Of a DNA stretch of 64,000 nucleotides, positions 56,156 through 64,000 are shown piece by piece. The DNA comes from Syntrophaceae bacterium UBA1411 (GTDB lineage Bacteria; Desulfobacterota; Syntrophia; Syntrophales; Smithellaceae), in NCBI GenBank assembly GCA_002304995.1, contig DBPV01000022.1:1248-65247 (forward strand). Direction: 5' to 3'. Within the stretch, counting starts at the first letter, position 1. Every line of letters begins with the position of its first letter. A program made the position numbers and the translations under genes. A model generated the notes under the pieces. That model saw nothing but the letters and a program-made list of their open reading frames with translations. It had not been told where the DNA came from and searched no databases.

Positions 56156-56243
56156 ATTCAAGGGCGAAACGCAAAAGCCGATTGACTCCAGCAGCGATGA
56201 ATCCGTGTCCAATCGGGAGTCCTTTTGCCTTCCGCCCTTGAAT
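56156..56243 (-). promoter_or_regulatory. rpsO terminator / pnp leader stem-loop structure
   Basis: An 11-bp inverted repeat pairs ATTCAAGGGCG (56156-56166) with CGCCCTTGAAT (56233-56243). It encloses the nested repeats CCGATTG/CAATCGG and GACTCC/GGAGTC. It lies between the rpsO stop and the pnp start. Confidence 0.55.
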
Positions 56244-56251
56244 GGCTCTTA

Positions 56252-56518
56252 TTATTTCCTGAGGCCCAGACGTTTGATTATGTTCCGATAACGCTCAACA
56301 TCATCTTCCTTGATGTAATTGAGCAACCTTCTCCTCTGCCCGACGAGTTTCAGAAGACCGCGCCGGGAATGATGATCTTTCTGATGCGCCTTGAAATGCT
56401 CCGTCAGATATTCAATTCGTGCGCTCAAAAGAGCAATCTGTACTTCCGGGGACCCGGTATCCTTTTCGTGCAGCCGGTAGTCCTCGATTAATGCCTTTCT
56501 TTTTTCAACAGTTAACAC
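56252..56518 (-). CDS. rpsO: 30S ribosomal protein S15
   Basis: The 88-aa product has [37 protein letters not shown]. Confidence 0.95.
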   Translation of the reverse strand: MLTVEKRKALIEDYRLHEKDTGSPEVQIALLSARIEYLTEHFKAHQKDHHSRRGLLKLVGQRRRLLNYIKEDDVERYRNIIKRLGLRK

Positions 56519-56554
56519 GCTTTTTTCCTCCCTCTTAAAAAATTCCTTTTTATT

Positions 56555-57502
56555 TCAGTTATTCCTTATCGGTTGTCCAAACACCCTCAGGATTCTGGCC
56601 GCCCGAGCCTTGTCGTCCTGACCGGCCAGCGCGTCGGCTGGCATCAGCATCTCTGCCACAGCCACCAGATCACCATCAGGAAGCGTAAACTTTATCACAT
56701 CTCCGGCCGCAAGAAAAGGAAGAACATTTTGCCGCAGCGTTCCCGCATCCGGCTGAAAACCGGTCCGGATCCGGTCGGCCAGCGCCGGAGCGGTTTCCAC
56801 GGCCGGCATATCCGGCAGCAGCCGGGCCAGCGGGAGCAGTCGGTCCGCCAGGATCTCTCTGGGCGTCGCCGACGGCTTCTTCTCCAGAACCACGGCCATG
56901 TCTTCCGTAAAAAATCCGCTCCGGAGGCGGCGCAGTCCGGCCAGACACGCTCCGCACCCCAGGATCTTCCCGACATCGGAACAAACGGTCCGGATGTAGG
57001 TGCCTTTCGAGCAGGAAATTTCAAACGTCACGTACGGCCGGGCGATGCTTTTCACGTCAAGCGAGAAGATTTCCACTTCCCGCGCCGCCACTTCCGGAAA
57101 CTCTCCGGCCCTGGCGTACTTGTATAAAGGCTTTCCTTTATGCTTGAGCGCCGAATAGGCCGGCGGCACCTGCCGGATCCTGCCCACCATCCGTTTCAAC
57201 GTCTGCCGGAGGTCTTCCTCCGGCACCGGCCCGTCCGACGTCCGGATCACCTGCCCTTCCGTATCCTGCGTATCGGTCTGGACCCCCAGCAGCATGGTGG
57301 CCAGATAGGTTTTGTGCTGTGCGGTCAAAAACTGCGCCAGCTTGGTCGCCTCTCCCACGCAAACCGGCAGCACGCCGGTTGCCATCGGATCGAGCGTTCC
57401 GGTATGCCCCGCCTTCCGGACACCGAGGATCTTTTTCACTTCGCTCACGACATCGTGGGACGAATACCCGGCCGGTTTGTCAATCACCACGATTCCGTCC
57501 AT
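56555..57502 (-). CDS. truB: tRNA pseudouridine(55) synthase
   Basis: The 315-aa product has the catalytic motif GHTGTLDPMATGVL. Confidence 0.93.
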   Translation of the reverse strand: MDGIVVIDKPAGYSSHDVVSEVKKILGVRKAGHTGTLDPMATGVLPVCVGEATKLAQFLTAQHKTYLATMLLGVQTDTQDTEGQVIRTSDGPVPEEDLRQTLKRMVGRIRQVPPAYSALKHKGKPLYKYARAGEFPEVAAREVEIFSLDVKSIARPYVTFEISCSKGTYIRTVCSDVGKILGCGACLAGLRRLRSGFFTEDMAVVLEKKPSATPREILADRLLPLARLLPDMPAVETAPALADRIRTGFQPDAGTLRQNVLPFLAAGDVIKFTLPDGDLVAVAEMLMPADALAGQDDKARAARILRVFGQPIRNN

Positions 57503-57508
57503 AAACGC

Positions 57509-58459
57509 CTATAATTCTTTTACCGCCTGCCGCACCCGGGCCTTGATCCCGGCAAGATCGCCTTCGATCCGGCAGGCCGCGGCGTTGATGTGTCCGCCGC
57601 CGCCGAAGCGCGCGGCAATTTTTTCCACATTCACTTTACCCTTGGAACGCAGGCTCAGCTTAAACTGGTTGTCGCCGATCTGCGAATACACCATGGCGAT
57701 GGCGACATCTTTCACCGTGCGGGGAATATCGATGAAGCCGTCCGTGTGTTCCATGCTCGCGCCCGTCTGCCGCAGATGATCGAAGGTCACGACCAGGGAA
57801 GCGGTTTGCAGCTCCAGATCGAGCTCCAGCGTCTCCAGCACCCGGGACAGAAGCTTCAGCTTGGCCGGCGGATCGCTTTCGTAAATATTTTCGGAAATCC
57901 ACTGCGGACTCGCGCCGCCCTGCACCAGGTCGGCCGCCGCCCGGAGCGTATCGGGATGCGTGCTGGAATAGCGGAATCCGCCGGTATCCGTAAGAATCGC
58001 CGCATAGAGATTCGTGCAGATTTCCTCGGTCAGCTTCACGTGCATTTTACGCATCAGCCGGTAAAGCAGTTCTCCTGTGGAACTGGCTTTCGGATCCAGA
58101 AGGCGCAATTTACTGAATCCGCCGTTGGACACATGGTGGTCGATGTTGATGAGCGTCTTGATGGTCGTCACATCGGCGGCGATTTTTCCGATCCGCTCCA
58201 GTTCGGAGCAGTCCAGAATGAAGCCGACATCATATCGGTCGAGATGTTCCAGTTCCGACACGATGTTTTCGGCACCCGGCAAAAACCGGTAATGCCCGGG
58301 CGTGGCGTCCTGGTTGTAAATCACCGCCTCCTTGCCCAGATCCTTCAGCATCCAGGCAAGCGCCAGCTCCGAGCCCAGGGCGTCTCCGTCGAGCCGGACA
58401 TGGGCGGTGATGAGAAATCTTTTTCCGGATGAAATGGCTGAAATAATCTCTTTAATCAT
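57509..58459 (-). CDS. nrnA: DHH/DHHA1 phosphoesterase, NrnA-like oligoribonuclease/pAp phosphatase
   Basis: I place the start at the ATG at 58459 (MIKEIISAI..), inside track ORF 57509..58594. The product has the motifs HVRLDGDALGS, NIDHHVSN (DHH) and GGGHINAA (DHHA1). It overlaps the rbfA stop by 8 nt. Confidence 0.82.
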   Translation of the reverse strand: MIKEIISAISSGKRFLITAHVRLDGDALGSELALAWMLKDLGKEAVIYNQDATPGHYRFLPGAENIVSELEHLDRYDVGFILDCSELERIGKIAADVTTIKTLINIDHHVSNGGFSKLRLLDPKASSTGELLYRLMRKMHVKLTEEICTNLYAAILTDTGGFRYSSTHPDTLRAAADLVQGGASPQWISENIYESDPPAKLKLLSRVLETLELDLELQTASLVVTFDHLRQTGASMEHTDGFIDIPRTVKDVAIAMVYSQIGDNQFKLSLRSKGKVNVEKIAARFGGGGHINAAACRIEGDLAGIKARVRQAVKEL

Positions 58460-58811
58460 GCTTTTCTTCCTGTCGGGCGATTTGCGCCAAAAGCTTTTCA
58501 ATCCGGTTGCCGTAGCCGAAGGACTTGTCGTGCACGAACATGATCTCCGGCACAAAACGCAGCTGCAGGCGGTGCCCCAGCTCCCGGCGCACAAATCCCC
58601 TGGCCCGGGTCAAGCCCGCCTGAACCTCTTCATTCAATTCATCCTTGCCCATTTCGACAAAGTATATCTTGGCGTTGCGGAGGTCGTCCGTCACCTTGAC
58701 CGCTGTAATCGTCACGGCGTGCAGGCGGGGATCCTTGACCGCTTTGAGCAGAATATCGGACATCTCCGCCTGGATCAGCTCGCCGACCCGGTCCGCTCTT
58801 TTAAAATTCAT
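58452..58811 (-). CDS. rbfA: ribosome-binding factor A
   Basis: The 119-aa product has RADRVGELIQAEMSDIL..VTITAVKVTDDLRNAKIYF. Confidence 0.92.
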   Translation of the reverse strand: MNFKRADRVGELIQAEMSDILLKAVKDPRLHAVTITAVKVTDDLRNAKIYFVEMGKDELNEEVQAGLTRARGFVRRELGHRLQLRFVPEIMFVHDKSFGYGNRIEKLLAQIARQEEKHD

Positions 58812-59139
58812 CGTATTTTCCTGCTTCCCAGTCCGGCGTTTCCGACAGATCGGACACCGCCATCACTTCGATTTTCGAGCTCACCACCTCCGCCACCTGC
58901 ATGTGCTCGATGAATGTGAGCAGGTGATCGACCTTGCTGCTGATATAGCGCGATTCATTGCCGGTAAGCGCAAATCCGATTTCGGCAAAGCGGTGGAGAT
59001 CCAGATCGCCCACCTGGGCAATGGAAACGTTAAACTCGTTTTGCGCGCGTTTGATGATCTTGTTCAAAACGCTCCTTTTTTCCTTCAGGGAACCGGACTC
59101 CGGAATCCGCAGCCGGATGATGCCGTAACCGATAACCAT
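58801..59139 (-). CDS. DUF503 (YlxP-like) protein
   Basis: The 112-aa product has IRLRIPESGSLKEKRSVLNKI, typical of DUF503. It sits between infB and rbfA. Confidence 0.85.
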   Translation of the reverse strand: MVIGYGIIRLRIPESGSLKEKRSVLNKIIKRAQNEFNVSIAQVGDLDLHRFAEIGFALTGNESRYISSKVDHLLTFIEHMQVAEVVSSKIEVMAVSDLSETPDWEAGKYDEF

Positions 59140-59155
59140 ACGTTCAGCCGTCCGC

Positions 59156-61813
59156 CTAAAGCTTTCTTTCCAGCTTCTCCATGATGTAGGCCTCGATCAC
59201 GTCTCCCACGTGAATATCGTTGTAGCCCTCGACGCCGATGCCGCAGTCGAATCCGGCCAGCACCTCGCGGGCATCGTCCTTGAACCGCTTCAGCGACAGG
59301 AGCTTGCCGTCGAAGACGACCACACTGTCGCGCACCAGTTTGACCGAGGACGCGCGGGTGATCTTGCCGTCCAGCACATGGCAGCCGGCAACGATGCCGA
59401 CCTTGGGCACACGGAAGAGCTCGCGGACTTCGGCGCGTCCCTGCACCACCTCCTTGTATTCCGGTTCCAGGAGGCCTTCCATGGCCGCCTTCACATCCGC
59501 GATCACGTTGTAGATAATGTCATAGAGCTTGATTTCCACGCCTTCCTGAGCGGCCAGTTCGCTCACGCGGGCATCCGGACGGACGTTGAAGCCGATGATG
59601 ATCGCGTTGGACGCGGAGGCCAGCATGACATCCGTTTCGCTGATGGCGCCCGTCGAACTGTGGATCGTCTTGATCTGCACGTCTTCCGTCGACAGCTTCT
59701 TGAGCGCGTCGGAAATCGCTTCAATGGATCCCTGCACGTCGGCTTTGATGATCACGTTCAGATCCTTGACGCCTTCCTTGATCTTTTCATACAGCTGCTC
59801 GAGCGTGATCTTGGAAGACGCGGACAGTTCTTTTTCCCGCGTTTTGCGGATCCAGTATTCGGCAATGCTGCGGGCTTTCTTTTCGTCTTCCACGCCGATG
59901 AATTCTCCGCCCGTCTGCGGCACGCTGGAAAAACCGATGACTTCCACCGGCATGGCGGGTCCGGCTTCCTTGACGCGGCGCCCCTGATCGTTGATCATGG
60001 CCCGGACGCGGCCGAATTCGGTCTTGGACACAAACGCGTCTCCTTCGCGGAGCGTACCCTGCTGAATCAGCACGGTCGCCACCGGGCCGCGGCCGCGGTC
60101 CAGCTTCGCTTCAATGATGACGCCGCGCGCCGACAGAGTGGGATCCGCCTTGAGCTCCAGCACGTCCGCCTGCAGCAGGATCATTTCCAAAAGCTCTTCG
60201 ATTCCGATTTTCTTTTTGGCCGACACTTCGCAAAAGATCGTGTCGCCGCCCCACTGTTCGGACAGGAGGCCGTGTTCGGTCAGCGCCTGCTTGATCTTTT
60301 CGGGCTCCGCGCCCGGCTTGTCGATCTTGTTCACGGCCACGATGATCGGCACGCCCGCCACCTTGGAATGGTTGATGGCTTCAACGGTCTGATCCATGAC
60401 GCCGTCGTCGGCCGCCACCACCAGAACCACGATGTCCGTCACCTGGGCGCCGCGCGCGCGCATGGCCGTAAAGGCTTCATGACCGGGCGTATCCAGAAAA
60501 ACGATGTCGCGGCCGTTGATGTGCACGTGGTAGGCGCCGATCGCCTGCGTGATGCCTCCCGCTTCGCCGTCGATCACATGGGTCTGGCGGATCGCGTCCA
60601 AAAGCGATGTTTTGCCGTGGTCGACGTGGCCCATGATCGTGACAATCGGGGCCCGGGGCAGCAGATTTTCCTCGGCGACCTGGGGCCGGAGCAGCGTCTC
60701 GTCGAATTCGACTTCCGCCTTTTCCACCTGAAAACTGAATTCGGAGGCGACCAGCGCGGCAATATCAAAATCGATCGACTGGTTGATGGTGGCCATCACG
60801 CCCATGCCCATCAGCTTATTGATGACATCGCCGGCCTTGACACCCATCCGCTTGGCCAGTTCGCCGGTCGTGATTGTCTCGCCGACACGGATGCGCCGTT
60901 TGATGGCCTTGGGCACGGTGATTTCGGTTTTCCGCATTTTAACGGGCGCGGCTTTCTTGTCTTCGCGCCATTTCGTGAAAATCACTTCCCGGTCGTCATC
61001 GACCTTTTTCAGCTTCTTTTCCCCTTTCTTTTCCAGGGTCTTGCGGCGGGGAACTTCCTTTTCTTCCTCAATGAAAACTTCCACCGGCCCCTTGCTTTTC
61101 TTCTTGGGCTTCTCAAATTCCCGCTTGATGATTTTTTCCGGCGGGGGCACAGCGGCTTTTTCGCCCGGCTTCAAAACCGGTTTGGCCGGCGCCTCTTTCT
61201 TTTCCTCCGGCCGGGAAATTTTGTGCCGCGACATCATCGGCGGGCGAACCGGCAAAATCACCGGCGGCTGCCGGGGCTTCTCCGGAGCCGGCGCCAGCGC
61301 CGGATGCAGAGGCTTTGCCGCCGGGACCGGTTCGGCCGGCGGGGCCGCCCCGGCGGGCGGGGCCGGTTCGACAGCGGGAGGTTCAGCCGGAGAGGCTTCC
61401 TTTTTGGCTTCGACAGCGGGAGCCGCCGGTTCGGCCGGCGCCTCCTCCTTGGGCAGGGCCGTTTCGGCAACCTCCGGAACGGCGGCCGGAGCTTCTTTTT
61501 TCGGCGCGGCCGGAGGCACGGGCTTTTCCGCCGCCGGCGTTTCTTCCTTCGACTCCGCCGCTTCTTCGGGAGGAGGAGCCTCAATCGGCGCACGCACCGC
61601 CCGGCGGCGGATGACGGTGGTCGTGATTCTCTCCTCGACAATCTGCCGCGGCGACGGGGCCTGGAGATCCTCTTTGACTCTCTCGATCTCGTGTTCCTCC
61701 AGTGTGCTGGCATGGGATTTGACCGTAATGCCCAACCTCTCCAGATGGGCGATCAGATCCTTGTTTTCCAGACCAAGCTCCTTGGCCAACTCGTGAACTC
61801 GCTTTTTCCCCAT
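59156..61813 (-). CDS. infB: translation initiation factor IF-2
   Basis: The 885-aa product has the G-domain motifs [17 protein letters not shown] and NKID. A long P/A/E/K-rich N-terminal linker is present. Confidence 0.96.
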   Translation of the reverse strand: MGKKRVHELAKELGLENKDLIAHLERLGITVKSHASTLEEHEIERVKEDLQAPSPRQIVEERITTTVIRRRAVRAPIEAPPPEEAAESKEETPAAEKPVPPAAPKKEAPAAVPEVAETALPKEEAPAEPAAPAVEAKKEASPAEPPAVEPAPPAGAAPPAEPVPAAKPLHPALAPAPEKPRQPPVILPVRPPMMSRHKISRPEEKKEAPAKPVLKPGEKAAVPPPEKIIKREFEKPKKKSKGPVEVFIEEEKEVPRRKTLEKKGEKKLKKVDDDREVIFTKWREDKKAAPVKMRKTEITVPKAIKRRIRVGETITTGELAKRMGVKAGDVINKLMGMGVMATINQSIDFDIAALVASEFSFQVEKAEVEFDETLLRPQVAEENLLPRAPIVTIMGHVDHGKTSLLDAIRQTHVIDGEAGGITQAIGAYHVHINGRDIVFLDTPGHEAFTAMRARGAQVTDIVVLVVAADDGVMDQTVEAINHSKVAGVPIIVAVNKIDKPGAEPEKIKQALTEHGLLSEQWGGDTIFCEVSAKKKIGIEELLEMILLQADVLELKADPTLSARGVIIEAKLDRGRGPVATVLIQQGTLREGDAFVSKTEFGRVRAMINDQGRRVKEAGPAMPVEVIGFSSVPQTGGEFIGVEDEKKARSIAEYWIRKTREKELSASSKITLEQLYEKIKEGVKDLNVIIKADVQGSIEAISDALKKLSTEDVQIKTIHSSTGAISETDVMLASASNAIIIGFNVRPDARVSELAAQEGVEIKLYDIIYNVIADVKAAMEGLLEPEYKEVVQGRAEVRELFRVPKVGIVAGCHVLDGKITRASSVKLVRDSVVVFDGKLLSLKRFKDDAREVLAGFDCGIGVEGYNDIHVGDVIEAYIMEKLERKL

Positions 61814-61857
61814 TCCCGAAACTCCCTCAAGTCAAATAGTGGATCCCTGAAAAAAAA

Positions 61858-63120
61858 CTACACTTTCTTTTTTTCGCTCGTTTCTTCATCCAGCAGCGTG
61901 ATAGCCTGCGCAATCCATTCCGTCGCCGTCTTTTCACCCACGCCGGGAATCGCGGAAAGCGCTTCCGGCTCCATCGCCGCCAGCATCGCAATGCTCTTGA
62001 TGCCCTGAACGGACAGCTTTTCGGCCATGGCCGGTCCGATGCCGGGGATGCGGGTCAGCGCCATGTGCGCGTTTTCATCCTTTTCCGCCGCCATCGTTTC
62101 GCTCTTCACATCGATTTTCCAGCCGGTCAGCTTGACCGCCAGACGGACGTTCTGTCCGTTTTTGCCGATGGCGAGCGACAGCTGGTCGTCGGGAACGATC
62201 ACCGTCATCGCCCGGTTTTCCTCGTCAACGAACACGCGGTTGACCTTGGCGGGCGACAGGGCGCTCGAGACGTATTTGGCCGCGTCCTCGGTATAGGGAA
62301 TAATATCGATTTTTTCGCCGCGCAGCTCCTGGACGACGCTCTGCACGCGGGTGCCGCGCATGCCGACGCAGGCGCCGACCGGGTCGATGTCCTTGTCCTT
62401 GGCCTTCACGGCGATCTTGCCGCGCTTGCCCGGTTCGCGGGCTACGCTCACGATGTCGATGAGCCCTTCGGAAATTTCCGGCACCTCCACTTCAAACAGC
62501 GCTTTCAGGAAGGAGGGATGGGTGCGGGATAAAACGATCTGCGCGCCCTTGGCGTTCTTTTTCACATCGAAAAGGTAGGTCCGGATGCGTTCGCCGCGCT
62601 TGTAAGTCTCGCGGTGGATCTGTTCGGCCGGCGGCACTACGCCTTCGGCGCGCCCCAGATTGACAATGATGTTGCCGCCTTCAAACCGCTGCACGAAACC
62701 GTTGATCAGTTCCCCCTTGCGGTCCTTGTACTCATCGTAAATATTGTCGCGTTCCGCATCCTTGACGCGCTGAATGATGATCTGCTTGGCCATCTGCACG
62801 GCGATGCGGCCAAAGGAGCTGGTTTCGATTTTCATTCCCAGGGAGTCACCGGGTTCGGCGCCTTCATCGAGCGTTCTGCGCGCTTCATCTTTGGAAATCT
62901 GTGTTTCTGGATCGAGCACTTTGTCGACGACCGTTTTGAACTGGAAAACCTCGATTTCGCCGGCGTCGTCATTGTAATGGGCCTCGATATCCACGTTCTG
63001 CCCCAGTTTTTTGCGCGCCGCCGTCAACATCGCGGCTTCGAGGGCTTCCGTGATAATCTGTTTGTCGATCCCTCTGTCCTTACCCATCTGCTCGATCAGA
63101 CGTTTAAGTTCATGAAACAT
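61858..63120 (-). CDS. nusA: transcription termination/antitermination factor NusA
   Basis: The 420-aa product has an S1 domain, two KH domains (GACVGMRGTRVQSVVQELRGEKIDI) and a C-terminal HhH repeat. Confidence 0.95.
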   Translation of the reverse strand: MFHELKRLIEQMGKDRGIDKQIITEALEAAMLTAARKKLGQNVDIEAHYNDDAGEIEVFQFKTVVDKVLDPETQISKDEARRTLDEGAEPGDSLGMKIETSSFGRIAVQMAKQIIIQRVKDAERDNIYDEYKDRKGELINGFVQRFEGGNIIVNLGRAEGVVPPAEQIHRETYKRGERIRTYLFDVKKNAKGAQIVLSRTHPSFLKALFEVEVPEISEGLIDIVSVAREPGKRGKIAVKAKDKDIDPVGACVGMRGTRVQSVVQELRGEKIDIIPYTEDAAKYVSSALSPAKVNRVFVDEENRAMTVIVPDDQLSLAIGKNGQNVRLAVKLTGWKIDVKSETMAAEKDENAHMALTRIPGIGPAMAEKLSVQGIKSIAMLAAMEPEALSAIPGVGEKTATEWIAQAITLLDEETSEKKKV

Positions 63121-63187
63121 TTAAATTCCCTCCATTTTTCCAGCACTCGGGCTTTAGCAACCTTACAGCCTTCAGGCGTTTTGATCA

Positions 63188-63670
63188 TTATGCAATCACG
63201 GCTGTTTCATCCACCAGATTGGCTTTGGCAATGTCTTTTTTCGGTATGCTGTACACTTTTGCCGCCACGTCCAGGCGGACAACTTTATCACCATTTTCTT
63301 CCGTAAATTCAATCAGTTTACCCTGAAAATTCTTCATGCCGTCGATTTTACTGTGCGTCTTGAGCCTGACATTGGCGCCGATGAACCTTTCGAAATCGAC
63401 GTCCCGAAAAAGCGGACGGTCAAGGCCTGGCGACGATACTTCCAGCGTGTAGGGACCGCGGGACAGATCGTGGACGTCCAGAATGTCGCCCACCTGGTTG
63501 CTGACGGTCGTGCAGTCGTCCAGCGTCACACCGCCTTCCTTATCCAGAAAAAGACGGAAAACCCAGCGGGAGTGCATTTTCAGGCACTCGACGAAAATGA
63601 GTTCCATCCCCTCGGCCAAGGCGACCGGCTCGGCCAGCCGCCATATTCTGTCCCTTAAGTCATCGTACAT
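63188..63670 (-). CDS. rimP: ribosome maturation factor RimP
   Basis: I place the start at the ATG at 63670 (MYDDLRDRIWRLAEPV..), inside track ORF 63188..63712. The longer version would run through the upstream terminator hairpin. Confidence 0.85.
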   Translation of the reverse strand: MYDDLRDRIWRLAEPVALAEGMELIFVECLKMHSRWVFRLFLDKEGGVTLDDCTTVSNQVGDILDVHDLSRGPYTLEVSSPGLDRPLFRDVDFERFIGANVRLKTHSKIDGMKNFQGKLIEFTEENGDKVVRLDVAAKVYSIPKKDIAKANLVDETAVIA

Positions 63671-63686
63671 ATCGATTCGCTTCAGA

Positions 63687-63714
63687 AAATAAAAAAGTGG
63701 GCGAAAGCCCACTT
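63687..63714 (-). terminator. intrinsic terminator downstream of tRNA-Gly
   Basis: AAGTGGGC pairs with GCCCACTT around a GAAA loop (63695-63714). On the minus strand a run of T's follows (the plus-strand A-run 63687-63696). Confidence 0.65.
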
Positions 63715-63819
63715 CAGCATACTACTTTCCGTGATGGTCGGGTTGCACCTACCACATACCAGGAGGCATTGCAAGCACTATTTGCCGCCCCGGAAGGGGC
63801 ATGCCGGCAGACTGTATAA

Positions 63820-63894
63820 TGGAGCGGGCGATGGGGCTCGAACCCACGGCGTCCAGCTTGGGAAGCTGACATTCTACCACTGAATTACGCCCGC
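63820..63894 (-). tRNA. tRNA-Gly (anticodon CCC)
   Basis: I folded this 75-nt cloverleaf by hand on the minus strand. The acceptor is GCGGGCG/CGCCCGC, the anticodon loop TTCCCAA and the T-arm GTGGG-TTCGAGC-CCCAT, with an encoded CCA. A TTGACA -35 element lies at 63935-63930 upstream. Confidence 0.9.
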
Positions 63895-64000
63895 TCACGG
63901 CCTGGAACTTTTATTCAACAGAGCATTTTTGTCAAGGTTTTTTTACGGATAGACGTCCGGGAGCCTCTCTTGCCGGTTGACAGCCAAAGAATTATTGGTT

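Noticed and set aside
57509-58594. Long versions of several minus-strand ORFs: nrnA from 58594, plsC from 33777, rimP from 63712, rpsU from 42985, and pilW-like from 46573.
   Set aside because: The extensions overlap the upstream gene or a terminator hairpin and encode Cys/Arg-rich or otherwise atypical peptides. Internal starts with RBSs match the family N-termini.
59210-62008. A 932-aa + strand ORF, the third-longest ORF in the window.
   Set aside because: It lies antisense to infB and nusA, whose products carry unmistakable IF-2 and NusA motifs. Its own translation is R/G/H/F-rich low-complexity sequence with no motifs. It is a typical shadow ORF of a high-GC gene.

Overview
This is a 64-kb high-GC bacterial chromosomal segment. 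Hand-counted 60-nt sample lines give 65-67 % GC outside the pilus cluster. I found no mobile elements, CRISPR arrays, integrases or recognisable defence genes. The gene content points to an anaerobic Desulfobacterota/deltaproteobacterium-like organism, which is inference only: archaeal-type four-subunit 2-oxoacid:ferredoxin oxidoreductases (OFORs), a two-subunit class I fumarase, a HydB/HydC-like flavoprotein, a sigma-54 activator, pilMNOPQ and a DUF39 homocysteine-synthesis enzyme. I call 56 confident protein genes, 1 candidate small ORF and 2 tRNAs. The left half (1-32.9 kb, mostly + strand) holds dnaX (5'-partial)-ybaB-recR, fumarase alpha/beta, and a 7-gene operon of OFOR gamma-delta-alpha-beta plus NuoE-, NuoF/HydB- and HoxU-like Fe-S/flavin subunits. 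It continues with an AcoR-like sigma-54 activator, hflX, a 5'-nucleotidase, a second OFOR, an acyl-CoA synthetase, and a glycogen cluster (a 1425-aa GH13+debranching-enzyme fusion, glgP, glgA and a eukaryote-type glgB). The right half (mostly - strand) holds plsC, tRNA-Gln, glnS, a threonine dehydratase-family gene, waaA, rpe, hbd, a NYN/YacP gene, holA, a LOG-family gene, rpsU, an lplA-like gene plus gcvH, and pepP. It then carries a lower-GC tgl/pilW-pilQPONM-ftsB-HTH block, DUF39, dut, the classical rimP-nusA-infB-DUF503-rbfA-nrnA-truB-rpsO-pnp cluster, and tRNA-Gly. The best candidates for something new are three. (1) The OFOR is fused at operon level to a HydABC/Bfu-like flavin module that has no catalytic subunit of its own. 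(2) The 780-bp 'empty' region at 10.1-10.9 kb contains a sub-threshold 56-aa ORF preceded by a terminator-containing leader and several repeated motifs. (3) The glycogen cluster has eukaryote-like features (an AGL-like fusion plus a GH13_8-type branching enzyme). Nothing here looks like a defence or toxin system; most of the window is ordinary housekeeping DNA.
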